Both the position numbers and the translations under genes were made by a program. DNA of 64,000 nt, taken from assembly GCA_047150005.1 (NCBI GenBank), contig AP038806.1, positions 992,001 through 1,056,000 on the forward strand. Direction: 5' to 3'. Every line of letters starts with the position of its first letter. Position 1 is the stretch's first letter. The stretch comes from Nitrospira sp. (GTDB lineage Bacteria > Nitrospirota > Nitrospiria > Nitrospirales > Nitrospiraceae). Below the pieces are notes generated by a model that saw only the letters and a list, made by a program, of their open reading frames with translations, was not told the origin of the DNA and did no database searches. Positions 1 through 9,667 of this stretch are shown here, in pieces.

Positions 1-342
1 CCCCAGGAAAATGAGAAGACCGTCTTCCAGCGTATGCAAGCGGAACGGGAACAACAGGCCAAGCAGTACCGAGCGGAAGGGGCCGAAGAGGCGCAAAAAA
101 TCCGGTCCGACGCGGAGAAGGACAAAGAGATTCTGCTCGCCCAAGCGTATAAAGAATCGGAGGAAATCCGCGGAGAGGGAGACGCCAAGGCCTTTCGCAT
201 CTACGCCGACGCCTATCGGCAAGACCCGAAATTTTTTGATTTTACCCGATCGATGGAAGCATACAAAAAATCCTTGGACGACAAGACCACCTTGGTTCTA
301 AGCCCCGACTCAGAGTTCTTCCACTATCTCAAACAACGCTGA
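1..342 (+). CDS. hflC: Protease modulator HflC, C-terminal part (gene starts before the window)
   Basis: Frame is open from base 1. 'VFQRMQAERE...RGEGDAKA..IYA.AY..DP.FF.F.RS.EAY...LVLSPDSEFF' is the typical HflC C-terminus. Confidence 0.9.
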   Translation, partial: PQENEKTVFQRMQAEREQQAKQYRAEGAEEAQKIRSDAEKDKEILLAQAYKESEEIRGEGDAKAFRIYADAYRQDPKFFDFTRSMEAYKKSLDDKTTLVLSPDSEFFHYLKQR

Positions 343-348
343 CGACGG

Positions 349-2031
349 CTAAGAAAGCCCGATGATCGCCCCGCTCCGGCCGTCGACATCGATCCGTTCT
401 CCAGCGGGTTTCTTGGGCAGTCCCGGCATCAGCTGAATTCCCGAACACACCGCCGTCAGAAATCCCGCGCCGGCGAGTAACCGCAGCTCCTTGATCGGCA
501 GAGTGAAGCCGGTCGGTCGCCCTTTTAGCGTAGGATCATGAGAGAGCGACAGCGGAGTCTTGGCCATGCAGATGGGGAGCTGACCGTATCCGAGGCGGGC
601 TGCAAGCTCAATTTGCTGCTCAGCGGCGGCCTCGTAGGATACGGCGCCCGCCCCATACATCGCAGCGGCGATTGTCTCGATCTTTTTCTTGATCGGCCAA
701 GCCAGTTCGTACAGGTGTGAAAACGATGCGGGTTGGTTAGCGGCAGCGATCACTGCATGAGCCAGAGCTTCAGCCCCCTTTCCCCCGTCGAACCAGTGGG
801 TTGAGACGGCTGCGTCGGTGGCTCCGACCTTCTTGGCTCGTTCTCGGACCCATTCCAGCTCGTCCCGAGAATCGCCGCTGAAGGCATTCACCGCCACGAC
901 GACCGGAACTCCGTGCGTTCTCACGTTGGCGATATGCTGCTCCAAGTTGGCAAACCCCTTTTCAAGCGCGTCCATGTTGGGACCGGTCAACGACGATGGC
1001 AACGGCTGCCCGGACTTGACGGTTCCGCCGGTGCCGTGCAGCTTGAGCGCCCGTAACGTCGCCACCACGACCGCCGCCGCCGGTTTGTGACCGGAGACCC
1101 GACATTTGATGTTGAAGAACTTTTCTGCGCCGAGTTCGCTCCCGAATCCCGCTTCCGTCACCACATACTCGGCGCAGCGTAATGCAATCGCATCGGAGAG
1201 AATCGAGCAATTTCCATGGGCGATGTTTCCGAAGGGTCCTGTGTGAACGAACGCAGGAGTGCCCTCCAACGTTTGCACTACGTTCGGTAACAACGCGTCA
1301 TTGAGCAGCGCCACCATGGATCCCACGCAATGGAGATCCTTCGATGTCACAGGCTTCCCGTCCTTCGTCAGACCCACAGTCACTCGGCTGAGCCGATGCC
1401 GCAGATCCTCCCGATCGGTGGCGAGAGCAAGAATCGCCATGACTTCGGAAGCTTCCGATATCACAAACTGGCCCTTTGGGGATTGAACCCCTGTGCCCAA
1501 TATCAACTCTCGTAGTGCGCGATCGCTGATTCCCGACGTGCGCGGCCATGAAATACGCTCAGGATCGATACGCAGTGCATTGCCGTGAAAGATGTGATTA
1601 TCGACGAACGCGGAGAGCAGATTGTGGGCGGCAGATACCGCATGAGCATCGCCGGTAAAATGAAGGTTGATCTGCTCCATGGGGACGACCTGTGCGCGTC
1701 CTCCACCCGTTCCGCCTCCCTTAATCCCGAACACAGGACCGAGAGAAGGCTCTCGAAGGGTCACAACGGCGCGATGCCCGAGACGACACAGTCCCATGGT
1801 CAATCCTATGGAAGTCGTCGTCTTTCCCTCTCCCAGAGGTGTGGGGTTTATGGCTGTGACCAGCACATAGCGAGCTTGAGGTCGATGTTTGAGCCGTTCC
1901 AATGCCGCGAGAGAAACCTTCCCCATGTGTCTTCCGTGGGGATGGATTTCATCTGGAGAAAGACCGAGAAGCTTGCCGATTTCTTGAATAGGGAGAGGTT
2001 TCGTGAGCCGAGCCGGGTCTGCGTCATTCAT
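349..2031 (-). CDS. fhs: Formate--tetrahydrofolate ligase
   Basis: Motifs TAINPTPLGEGKTT, GIKGGGTGGG, HTGPFGNIAHG, VTEAGFG, MPGLPK; 560 aa. Confidence 0.96.
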   Translation of the reverse strand: MNDADPARLTKPLPIQEIGKLLGLSPDEIHPHGRHMGKVSLAALERLKHRPQARYVLVTAINPTPLGEGKTTTSIGLTMGLCRLGHRAVVTLREPSLGPVFGIKGGGTGGGRAQVVPMEQINLHFTGDAHAVSAAHNLLSAFVDNHIFHGNALRIDPERISWPRTSGISDRALRELILGTGVQSPKGQFVISEASEVMAILALATDREDLRHRLSRVTVGLTKDGKPVTSKDLHCVGSMVALLNDALLPNVVQTLEGTPAFVHTGPFGNIAHGNCSILSDAIALRCAEYVVTEAGFGSELGAEKFFNIKCRVSGHKPAAAVVVATLRALKLHGTGGTVKSGQPLPSSLTGPNMDALEKGFANLEQHIANVRTHGVPVVVAVNAFSGDSRDELEWVRERAKKVGATDAAVSTHWFDGGKGAEALAHAVIAAANQPASFSHLYELAWPIKKKIETIAAAMYGAGAVSYEAAAEQQIELAARLGYGQLPICMAKTPLSLSHDPTLKGRPTGFTLPIKELRLLAGAGFLTAVCSGIQLMPGLPKKPAGERIDVDGRSGAIIGLS

Positions 2032-2101
2032 ACGATTCTATCCGCTGTTCGCTTGTTCTCTGAGTCGCCGACGCGGTGACTCCTTCTGAACTTGTGTCGT
2101 C

Positions 2102-2143
2102 AAAAAATGAGCGCGCTACGAATGTCGGAGATTCGTAGCGCGC
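2102..2143 (-). terminator. Rho-independent terminator of the M23 peptidase gene
   Basis: Perfect 13-bp inverted repeat GCGCGCTACGAAT/ATTCGTAGCGCGC (2111-2143), followed on the minus strand by TCATTTTTT. Confidence 0.8.
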
Positions 2144-2181
2144 CATATCGGGAAAGCCTGGGGCCTCTATCCCCGGTTATC

Positions 2182-3207
2182 CTAGTCGAGAATGTATTTC
2201 GTCGGGTCGAAGGTTTGACCGTTTACTTTGACCATGTAGTGGAGGTGCGGACCTGTGGCCAAGCCCGTGCTGCCCACCAGACCCACCACATCACCTCGCT
2301 TAACACGTTGCCCTTCCTTAACAAGAGCTTTTGCAAGGTGACCATAGAGAGTCTCGATTCCAAACCCGTGATCCAGCTTCACAAGGTTCCCGAGCTTCGA
2401 ATCAAATGCGACGGTTGTGACCCGTCCCTGGGCGGGAGCCTGGACCGGCGCGTTCGCCGCGGCCCCAATATCAAGACCGTCATGCCAAGCTGGCTTCTCG
2501 GTAAATGGAGAAACACGGGGCCCAAAGCCGGATGTCACCCACCCTCTGACAGGCCAGATGGACGGAGTGGCGGCCCATCGGGATGATTTCTGTTCGGCAG
2601 CCAGAGACAGTTCCTGAAGAGCTTGCTCCTGGACGCTGGCCTCACGTGACAACCAATCGATCCCTTGTTTCACCACGGCGAGCAGTTCGTGTTCATCGAG
2701 CTCAGACTGGGCCGCGAGGTTTTTGGCCTGATTGAGCGCCCCGGTCTCATCCGCGTCCGAGAGTTGAAAGCCGGCATTGCCCTTGGGGGAGGCCGCTGGG
2801 GACACCGAATTCCCATCCGGAAGCGGCACATCCTCACCGCCTCGACCATTCGCCACATCTCCGGTTTTCGGTGTCTCTATGCCAAGCATGACACGAAGCC
2901 GCTGATTCACTTCTTTCATACTGCTGAGTCGCTTTTTTAGATCATCGATGGCGGTCGAGAAGGCGGCGGTTTGCTGACGGGCACTCATGGCCTCGGAGCG
3001 GAAGGCTGAGAGCTCCCAAACTTCGCCTGTCCTGATGACGTAATGCGAGAGGACTAAAAGGTCGGCGATAATAAATAAACCGCATACAATCAATAGCTTA
3101 CGAACAAACTTCCGTGGGAAGCTGAAGCGCAACGGCTTCGCTGTGGACCCGCGAAAGATCACAACGGTATAGGAATCACTATTCTCTGCGCCGGTCATTT
3201 GTCCCAT
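2182..3207 (-). CDS. M23 family metallopeptidase (N-terminal TM, coiled coil, LytM domain)
   Basis: HDGLD (HxxxD), YGHL and TGPHLHY (HxH) motifs. Start placed at ATG 3207, after an AGGGGTG RBS-like run. Confidence 0.9.
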   Translation of the reverse strand: MGQMTGAENSDSYTVVIFRGSTAKPLRFSFPRKFVRKLLIVCGLFIIADLLVLSHYVIRTGEVWELSAFRSEAMSARQQTAAFSTAIDDLKKRLSSMKEVNQRLRVMLGIETPKTGDVANGRGGEDVPLPDGNSVSPAASPKGNAGFQLSDADETGALNQAKNLAAQSELDEHELLAVVKQGIDWLSREASVQEQALQELSLAAEQKSSRWAATPSIWPVRGWVTSGFGPRVSPFTEKPAWHDGLDIGAAANAPVQAPAQGRVTTVAFDSKLGNLVKLDHGFGIETLYGHLAKALVKEGQRVKRGDVVGLVGSTGLATGPHLHYMVKVNGQTFDPTKYILD

Positions 3208-3292
3208 AAGCGTCACCCCTGGTTCTAAGGGGCCGTCCCTCAACCTTACAGCTCCGTTCGAGTGTACCCATGCGGGCGCCTTCGGTCAACCA

Positions 3293-3637
3293 TCAATTTT
3301 GTTTCGACCGATTTGCCTGAGCAAAAATCCATGCCAGATATGGAGGAAACCCGTATCTCAATGAAATACCAATAATTTCAGGCACTTCATAGGGATGAAG
3401 CGCCTTGATCGCCCTCTCCAACATGGGGTAGCCGGCAGCCGTGGTCTTCATGATGATCAGTACTTCGCTCTCCTGAACCATCTTTCCCTTCCACTCGTAA
3501 ATGGACTTGACCCTATCTATGACCGTTGCACAGGCCACCAGTCGCTTTTTTACCAGTGTTTTTGCCATCCTCGACGCAAGCTTACGATCTGGAACCGTTG
3601 TTAAGACAATCAAACAAGCCATGGATTGCTTAGCCAT
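3293..3637 (-). CDS. cutA: Divalent-cation tolerance protein CutA
   Basis: LVACA, SIYEWKG, KTT and HPYEVPEII motifs. Confidence 0.92.
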   Translation of the reverse strand: MAKQSMACLIVLTTVPDRKLASRMAKTLVKKRLVACATVIDRVKSIYEWKGKMVQESEVLIIMKTTAAGYPMLERAIKALHPYEVPEIIGISLRYGFPPYLAWIFAQANRSKQN

Positions 3638-3864
3638 GAGTATTTCGAGTTTCCCAGTGTTTCAAAGGGATCTGGATGAATTCGAACCAGACCCAGGAAG
3701 CAACGAAGCGATATTTAAAAGCAAATACGTGTACTTATGAGTTTCATGCCCTGCCTAACCCAAAGAGGTTGGGCCTAGTCGCTCATGAGTGGGCGACATG
3801 CCGTCAAGTCGCAATTTCAGTTTTCGCAGCTCACGTATCCTGGAGACCGAGTACCGACTTCGGA

Positions 3865-3893
3865 TTGACAGGCGTTTTGCGCATCCATATGAT
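3865..3893 (+). promoter_or_regulatory. Sigma70-type promoter of the rhodanese gene
   Basis: TTGACA-17 nt-TATGAT, followed by a GAGGAGG RBS before ATG 3929. Confidence 0.65.
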
Positions 3894-3928
3894 CTGGTCA
3901 TTCCAATGAGGAGGAGGTAATCGCACCA

Positions 3929-4249
3929 ATGAATTTCATGATCACCCCGCAAGAGTTGAAATCTCGCCTGGACAAACAGGATCCGTTGGTTCTGCTCGAT
4001 GTGCGTGAGCAGTGGGAGTATGATCTGGCCAAAATCGACGGGTCAATGCTGATTCCCCTCTCCGCCCTGCCACACTCTCTGTCACGGTTGGATCGAAACA
4101 CGGAGATCATTGCAATCTGCCATCATGGAATGCGAAGCGCCGATGCGACGGGTTTTCTTGCGCAGCAAGGATTCACCAAGGTCAAGAATCTTGTCGGAGG
4201 GATCGATGCTTGGTCGACACAAGTCGACGGGACCGTTCCTCGCTACTGA
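3929..4249 (+). CDS. Single-domain rhodanese (sulfurtransferase)
   Basis: LLDVREQWEY, active-site loop CHHGMRS, NLVGGIDAWS. Confidence 0.9.
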   Translation: MNFMITPQELKSRLDKQDPLVLLDVREQWEYDLAKIDGSMLIPLSALPHSLSRLDRNTEIIAICHHGMRSADATGFLAQQGFTKVKNLVGGIDAWSTQVDGTVPRY

Positions 4250-4301
4250 ACCGTACCGCTGCCGATGGAACGGACTACTCTAACCCATTCGCTCCCTGAA
4301 A

Positions 4302-5450
4302 TGTATAACTCACGACTTCATCTGACAGACAGCGAGTCCTCACCGGGTTTAGGCCGCTAACATTTTCTCCTTGGCCAGTGGCACACTATCGAGAAACGTC
4401 TGCATCGGTGTCTTGCCATAGCACCAGCGCCCTTGGTGGGGGCGCTGCTCGTTGTACTCCTGGATCCACGCATCCAAGTCAGCCTGGAGGTCCTCCAGCG
4501 TTCGATAGATCTTCTTGCGGAGCGCCACGCGGTAAAACTCGTTCAACATGGTCTTGTGGAACCGTTCACAGATCCCGTTGGTCTGGGGATGCCGCGTCTT
4601 GGTGCGCGTATGATCGATGTTCTCCACGGCCAGATAGAGTTCGTACTCATGGCGCTCCGGAGTTCCACAGTATTCCGTGCCGCGATCCGTGAGCACACGG
4701 TTCAGCGGAATGGCATGCTGCTCGAAGAACGGCAAGACCCGATCATTGAGCAATTCCGCGGCCGTCACCGGCGTCTTGCGGTCGTACAGCTTCGCAAATC
4801 CCACCTTGCTGTAGGTATCGATGAAGGTTTGCTGGTAGATGCGGCCGACGCCCTTCAAGGTGCCGACGTAGAACGTATCCTGCGCGCCGCAGTAGCCGGG
4901 ACATTCGCTCTCAAATTCGCCGTGGGCCTCTTTGTCCGCCGTCGCCTTCTCCAGCGCCACGACTTGGGCCTCGGTAAGCACCAGTCCCGCTTGGGCTACC
5001 TTCGCTTCCAGTGCCTTTAAGCGTTTCCGCATCGTTGCGAGATCATGGCGGAGCCAGATACAGCGCACGCCCGCTGGGGAGATGGACAGCGCCTGCTTGC
5101 GCAGTTCATTCGCCACGCGGGCTTGTCCCCACGCGGGTTGCTCAATAGCGATCTGCACGATGGCCTGTTCCACCTCGGGTGCCACCCGATTCTTGAGGAG
5201 CGGCTTCTGCCGCGAAATCTCTTGAAGCGCGGCCTCGCCGCCGGTCTCGTAGAGTTCCTTGAATCGATAGAAACTATCGCGGCTATACCCCATCAGCTGG
5301 CAGGCTTTGGAGACATTGCCGAGCTGCTTCGCCAGTTCCAGCACGCCGACTTTCGTCTTAATGATCTTTTGTTCCGTCGTCATGGTCCTCGCTCCTTTCG
5401 TGAAGAGGGAGGACTCTAGCTGACTGTCAGATTAAGTTCTAGCTTCCACA
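4302..5450 (-). mobile_element. IS481-family insertion sequence, 1149 bp, with imperfect 30-bp terminal inverted repeats and a 7-bp target duplication
   Basis: Ends read TGT...ACA. TIRs are TGTATAACTCACGACTTCATCTGACAGACA and TGTGGAAGCTAGAACTTAATCTGACAGTCA (reverse complement). CCTGAAA is duplicated at 4295-4301 and 5451-5457. Confidence 0.92.
4349..5383 (-). CDS. IS481-family DDE transposase
   Basis: N-terminal HTH ([19 protein letters not shown]) and rve core ([25 protein letters not shown]). Confidence 0.95.
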   Translation of the reverse strand: MTTEQKIIKTKVGVLELAKQLGNVSKACQLMGYSRDSFYRFKELYETGGEAALQEISRQKPLLKNRVAPEVEQAIVQIAIEQPAWGQARVANELRKQALSISPAGVRCIWLRHDLATMRKRLKALEAKVAQAGLVLTEAQVVALEKATADKEAHGEFESECPGYCGAQDTFYVGTLKGVGRIYQQTFIDTYSKVGFAKLYDRKTPVTAAELLNDRVLPFFEQHAIPLNRVLTDRGTEYCGTPERHEYELYLAVENIDHTRTKTRHPQTNGICERFHKTMLNEFYRVALRKKIYRTLEDLQADLDAWIQEYNEQRPHQGRWCYGKTPMQTFLDSVPLAKEKMLAA

Positions 5451-6359
5451 CCTGAAATAGTCAACCGTTCGCTTGAGGCCGTCGCTCAAGCTCATCTTCG
5501 GTTCCCACGAGAGTTCATGACGAAGCTTTGACGCGTCGATAACGCTCCGCGCCTGTTCCCCTTTTTTGGCAGGCCCGTGGAGTTCTTTACAGGTAGAGCC
5601 TGTGTGTTGCACCAGAATCCGGAATAGATCGTTGATGGACGTTTCGACACCGGTCCCCACATTGTAGGTACCCGCCGTTTCCTGACCCATCACCGCCAAA
5701 TTGGCCTCTACGACGTCCTCCACAAAGACGAAGTCCCGTGTTTGTCGTCCATTGCCGTTGATTACAGGCTGTTCATTATTCAAGAGCTTTTGAATGAAAA
5801 TGGCTACGACCCCCGCTTCTCCTTCGGGATCCTGTCGGGGCCCGTACACATTGGCATAGCGAAGGTTCACCACTTGGACCCCGCCCACGCGCTCGTAATA
5901 CGACAAGTATTGCTCCCCGCAGAGTTTGCTGAGACCGTATGGCGATAACGGCTTGGTCGGATGCGACTCCGGCGCAGGGAAAACATCTTGCTCCCCGTAG
6001 ATGGCTCCACCTGATGACGAAAAGACGACCCTCCTCACCCCATGCTTGACCGCCTGCTGGAGAATGTTGAGCGTTCCCAGCACATTGACTTGTGCGTCGA
6101 AAACGGGATCTTCGACGGACTTGCGGACATCCATTTGCGCGGCCAAATGCATAACGACATTGGGGCGCTCGTTCCGGAACACACGCTCCAGGCGCCAACC
6201 CTGGATGTCGGTCTTGTAAAATCGTGCAGCCCGGTTGAGGTTGCGCCGCTTCCCGGTCGACAAATTGTCGACGACAACCACTTCATGCCCCTCCTGAATG
6301 AGTCGATCGACTATGTGAGACCCGATAAAACCCGCCCCTCCGGTCACCAGCACTTTCAT
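5439..6359 (-). CDS. NAD-dependent epimerase/dehydratase (UDP-glucose 4-epimerase-like); last codons supplied by the IS end
   Basis: GGAGFIG, HLAAQ, SPYGLSK (YxxxK), RYANVYGPRQ. Confidence 0.9.
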   Translation of the reverse strand: MKVLVTGGAGFIGSHIVDRLIQEGHEVVVVDNLSTGKRRNLNRAARFYKTDIQGWRLERVFRNERPNVVMHLAAQMDVRKSVEDPVFDAQVNVLGTLNILQQAVKHGVRRVVFSSSGGAIYGEQDVFPAPESHPTKPLSPYGLSKLCGEQYLSYYERVGGVQVVNLRYANVYGPRQDPEGEAGVVAIFIQKLLNNEQPVINGNGRQTRDFVFVEDVVEANLAVMGQETAGTYNVGTGVETSINDLFRILVQHTGSTCKELHGPAKKGEQARSVIDASKLRHELSWEPKMSLSDGLKRTVDYFRCGS

Positions 6360-7159
6360 GCATCCCCCCCTCGTCCACGCGCATGATCGTCCGATCGAGC
6401 GCTCATCTTACTACGATACTCAAAGGCCACAAGAATTTCTCGATTTCCTTTGCGGCCTTTCACTGCCGACTCCTGCATGCCGAGAGCGAGAAGTCCGATG
6501 CCGGCCGCTCGGTCCATCACTTTTCTCGTTACGTCTGCGCGCTGTCCATCGTCCCGAACAATTCCTCCGGATCCGACCTTCCCCTTCCCCACCTCAAACT
6601 GCGGCTTGACCAGGGCGACGACGCGTGCGCCGTCTTGAAGGAATCGCACGACGCTCGGGAGCACGAGATTCAGGGAGATGAATGAAACGTCGATCACCGC
6701 CAGTTGGATCAACTCCGGAACCAGCGACGGGTCGAGGTATCTGATGTTGGTCCGCTCCAGAAGCACAAGTCGCGTATCCTGTCTCAACTTCCAAGCAAGC
6801 TGCCCATATCCGACGTCTACCGCGTAGACTTTGGCGGCACCCTTTTGCAAGAGACAGTCGGTAAACCCTCCGGTCGAGCAACCGACGTCGAGGCAGATCG
6901 CCCCACTCGGATCGATCGAAAACGCCTCCAAGACAGGAGCCAACTTTTCCCCGGCGCGGCTGACAAAGGGAGCCTGTTTGCAGATTTCGATGCGGGCGTC
7001 ACGAGCGATCAGCTTCGCCGGCTTGTCAACGACGCTTCCGTCGACAAGAACACCTCCGGCCAGCACGGTTCTGACGGCATTTTCGCGACTGGGAGCCAGC
7101 CCCTGGGATACCAGCAATATGTCTAACCGTTCGCGAGGAGAATGCGTAGAAGAAGCCAT
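6356..7159 (-). CDS. tlyA: TlyA-family rRNA 2'-O-methyltransferase
   Basis: S4 domain, VSRAGEKL, DVGCSTGGFTD, DVSFISL, LVKPQFE. Confidence 0.92.
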   Translation of the reverse strand: MASSTHSPRERLDILLVSQGLAPSRENAVRTVLAGGVLVDGSVVDKPAKLIARDARIEICKQAPFVSRAGEKLAPVLEAFSIDPSGAICLDVGCSTGGFTDCLLQKGAAKVYAVDVGYGQLAWKLRQDTRLVLLERTNIRYLDPSLVPELIQLAVIDVSFISLNLVLPSVVRFLQDGARVVALVKPQFEVGKGKVGSGGIVRDDGQRADVTRKVMDRAAGIGLLALGMQESAVKGRKGNREILVAFEYRSKMSARSDDHARGRGGDA

Positions 7160-7194
7160 TGAACGGCGGGCACACACAGAAAGACCTGAGACCG

Positions 7195-7455
7195 CTACTG
7201 ACCTTTGGATCTTAAAGACGAAGCACTATCCTCGATGTCTTGGGTAAAGGCATGAAGTCGTTTCTTTCCGTTCTGCTCCTGGACCAGCACCTCGACCTTG
7301 CGCTCCGCATCCTCGAGAATCTTTAGACAGTTCTTGGAGAGACGGATCCCTTCCTCGAAAATCTTCAGAGATTCGTCAAGAGGAAGATCGCCTTTCTCCA
7401 ATTCTCCGACGATCGCCTCCAAACGAGCGATTGCCTGTTCAAACTTCACACTCAC
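7195..7455 (-). CDS. xseB: Exodeoxyribonuclease VII small subunit
   Basis: FEQAIARLEAIV..LE.G.L.LDESL..FEEG; adjacent to xseA. Exact start uncertain. Confidence 0.93.
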   Translation of the reverse strand: MSVKFEQAIARLEAIVGELEKGDLPLDESLKIFEEGIRLSKNCLKILEDAERKVEVLVQEQNGKKRLHAFTQDIEDSASSLRSKGQ

Positions 7456-7507
7456 AACCCCCTTGTTCACCACACGATGCCGCCATTATAGCACTCCCCT
7501 CAGGGTT

Positions 7508-8881
7508 TCAAACTGTTCCGTCCGGCAGCACGCCCTTGACCAAACAGTTCAACTTCCCGTCCACCAAACGGACCGCGATGCCCTCGCCAACTCGTGCGTC
7601 CTGAGTCCGTTTGAGTATAGATCCATCCGACATTCTCGTCAGCAAGCCGTACCCGCGCCCGAGAACGGCCAAGGGACTCAAACTGTTCAAACGCGCGACC
7701 GTCGCTTCAATGCGTCGCCTTCTTTGCGCCGCCAACACGCACGCCTGACGTTCCAATCGCTTGAACACAAGAGGCATCATGGCAAGGTTGCGCTTCACGA
7801 TGAGGAACGGGCTCAGCTTGCCCAACTCACGATCCGTTTGGCGCACCCGATCACCTTCCGCCAAGACTCTGGATCGAACCTTCTCGATGAGACAGTCCGT
7901 CATGTCATCCATCTGTTGAGTCTTCTCTCGAATACGAAACTGAATACAGGACAATCCTTTGGAGCTGGAGTCCAACCGCCGATGCTCCGACGAACAGTGC
8001 CTTGCCATGGCCCTCTCAAGCCTTACCGTAAGGCCATCGAGATTTTCCAACACCTCAGAGAAGACCGGCACGACCATTTCTGCCGCGACGGAAGGGGTCG
8101 GAGCGCGGAGATCTGCGGCGGCATCCGTCAGAGTCATGTCGATTTCATGACCAACCGCCGAGACAACGGGGATTCTGGACGCCGCGACGGCTCGTACGAC
8201 CGCTTCCTCATTGAACGTCCACAGATCTTCCAGGGACCCCCCGCCTCGTCCCAGGATAATAACCTCTGCCGCGCCCTGAGCGTTCAGCAGATCCAAGGCT
8301 TCGGCGATCTGCTGGGCCGCCGGTTCACCTTGAACCTGTACCGGGGCGATGATGATATGTAGAGTCGGCCACCGTCGACTGAGCACGGACAGGATATCCT
8401 TGAGCGCCGCCCCACCGAGCGAGGTGACCACACCTACCGTTCGCGGAAATCTTGGAAGCGGCTTCTTCCGCAGAGGATCGAAGAGGCCCTCAGCGGACAG
8501 ACGTGCCCTCAATTGATCGAACGCGACCTGAAGCGCGCCGACACCTTTGGGCTCGACCGCCTCCATGAGTATCTGGTACTCCCCTCTGGGTTCGTAGACG
8601 GTCAAGCGACCTCGCACGATGACGTGCATCCCGTTTTGCAAGGCAAAGCGCATGCGCACCGCACTTGAGCGAAACAACACCGCCCGTATCTGACTCCTCT
8701 CATCCTTCAGAGTACAATACATATGACCCGATGCAGGCGTACGCAAGTTTGAGATTTCACCCTCCACCCACACGTCTTGAAAGACGCCCTCGAGCGAAGC
8801 GCGAATGACGCTCGTAAACTCCGATACGGTGAGAACGGATCCCGAAGGAAGGATGCTTGATTTGTAGAGTATCGTCGTCAC
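7508..8881 (-). CDS. xseA: Exodeoxyribonuclease VII large subunit
   Basis: VWVEGEISN, SGHMYCTLKD, RGGGSLEDLW, SAVGHEID, RAPTPS. Confidence 0.95.
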   Translation of the reverse strand: MTTILYKSSILPSGSVLTVSEFTSVIRASLEGVFQDVWVEGEISNLRTPASGHMYCTLKDERSQIRAVLFRSSAVRMRFALQNGMHVIVRGRLTVYEPRGEYQILMEAVEPKGVGALQVAFDQLRARLSAEGLFDPLRKKPLPRFPRTVGVVTSLGGAALKDILSVLSRRWPTLHIIIAPVQVQGEPAAQQIAEALDLLNAQGAAEVIILGRGGGSLEDLWTFNEEAVVRAVAASRIPVVSAVGHEIDMTLTDAAADLRAPTPSVAAEMVVPVFSEVLENLDGLTVRLERAMARHCSSEHRRLDSSSKGLSCIQFRIREKTQQMDDMTDCLIEKVRSRVLAEGDRVRQTDRELGKLSPFLIVKRNLAMMPLVFKRLERQACVLAAQRRRRIEATVARLNSLSPLAVLGRGYGLLTRMSDGSILKRTQDARVGEGIAVRLVDGKLNCLVKGVLPDGTV

Positions 8882-8887
8882 TATCCG

Positions 8888-9667
8888 TCAATCGAGGATA
8901 CGAATCCGTTCAATGGAAAGCGCCTTCCCGATACGCGCGTCCACATCGATGAGTGCGGCACAGAAGACAACAGGTCCGGCGGCCACCTCAAAGCGCCGCG
9001 GCATGCCGGTCAAAAACTTCTCGATCGCGAGTTCTTTCTTCACACCGATGACTCCGTGAAGCGGCCCCGTCATGCCGATATCGGTCAGATAGGCCGTACC
9101 CCGAGGCAAGATCTGCTCATCGGCTGTCTGCACATGCGTGTGGGTCCCGACCACGGCCGTCGCCTCACCGTCCAGGAAATGTCCCATGGCCATCTTCTCG
9201 GACGTGGCTTCGGCATGCATATCCACAACGACGGCCGCAACCCGCTTCCTGAGCTTGGCCATCTCTCGCCTGGCCACCTGAAACGGACAATCCAACGTCG
9301 GCATGTACGCACGCCCCATTAACTGCAAGATGCCCAACTCCTCACCGCCGGAAGTTTGGACGACCACGCTGCCCTGTCCCGGCACACCATCGGGATAGTT
9401 GGCCGGGCGCAAGAGACGCCGCTCCCGCGGGAAATAGTCAAGAATTTCCCGCTTATCCCACGCATGATTCCCCGTGGTGATGGCGGAAAGGCCCGCTTTA
9501 AACAGCTCTTCCGCCAACTCAGGGGTAATCCCAAATCCGCCCGCGACGTTTTCTCCATTACCGATGACCACGTCGATCTGTCGCTGGGCGACGAGCCGAG
9601 GCACCATACGGGCGACGGCGCGGCGTCCAGGCTCTCCCATGATGTCGCCGATGTACAGGATCTTCAC
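8888..9667 (-). CDS. ymdB: TIGR00282/YmdB-family metallophosphoesterase
   Basis: GDIMG, NGEN, TTGNH, DMHAEATSEK, GTHTHV; overlaps the rny stop by 4 bp. Confidence 0.9.
   Translation of the reverse strand: MKILYIGDIMGEPGRRAVARMVPRLVAQRQIDVVIGNGENVAGGFGITPELAEELFKAGLSAITTGNHAWDKREILDYFPRERRLLRPANYPDGVPGQGSVVVQTSGGEELGILQLMGRAYMPTLDCPFQVARREMAKLRKRVAAVVVDMHAEATSEKMAMGHFLDGEATAVVGTHTHVQTADEQILPRGTAYLTDIGMTGPLHGVIGVKKELAIEKFLTGMPRRFEVAAGPVVFCAALIDVDARIGKALSIERIRILD

Noticed and set aside
2032..2181. Possible ZTP or THF riboswitch upstream of fhs
   Set aside because: Consensus elements were not found; the main hairpin is a plain terminator for the upstream gene.
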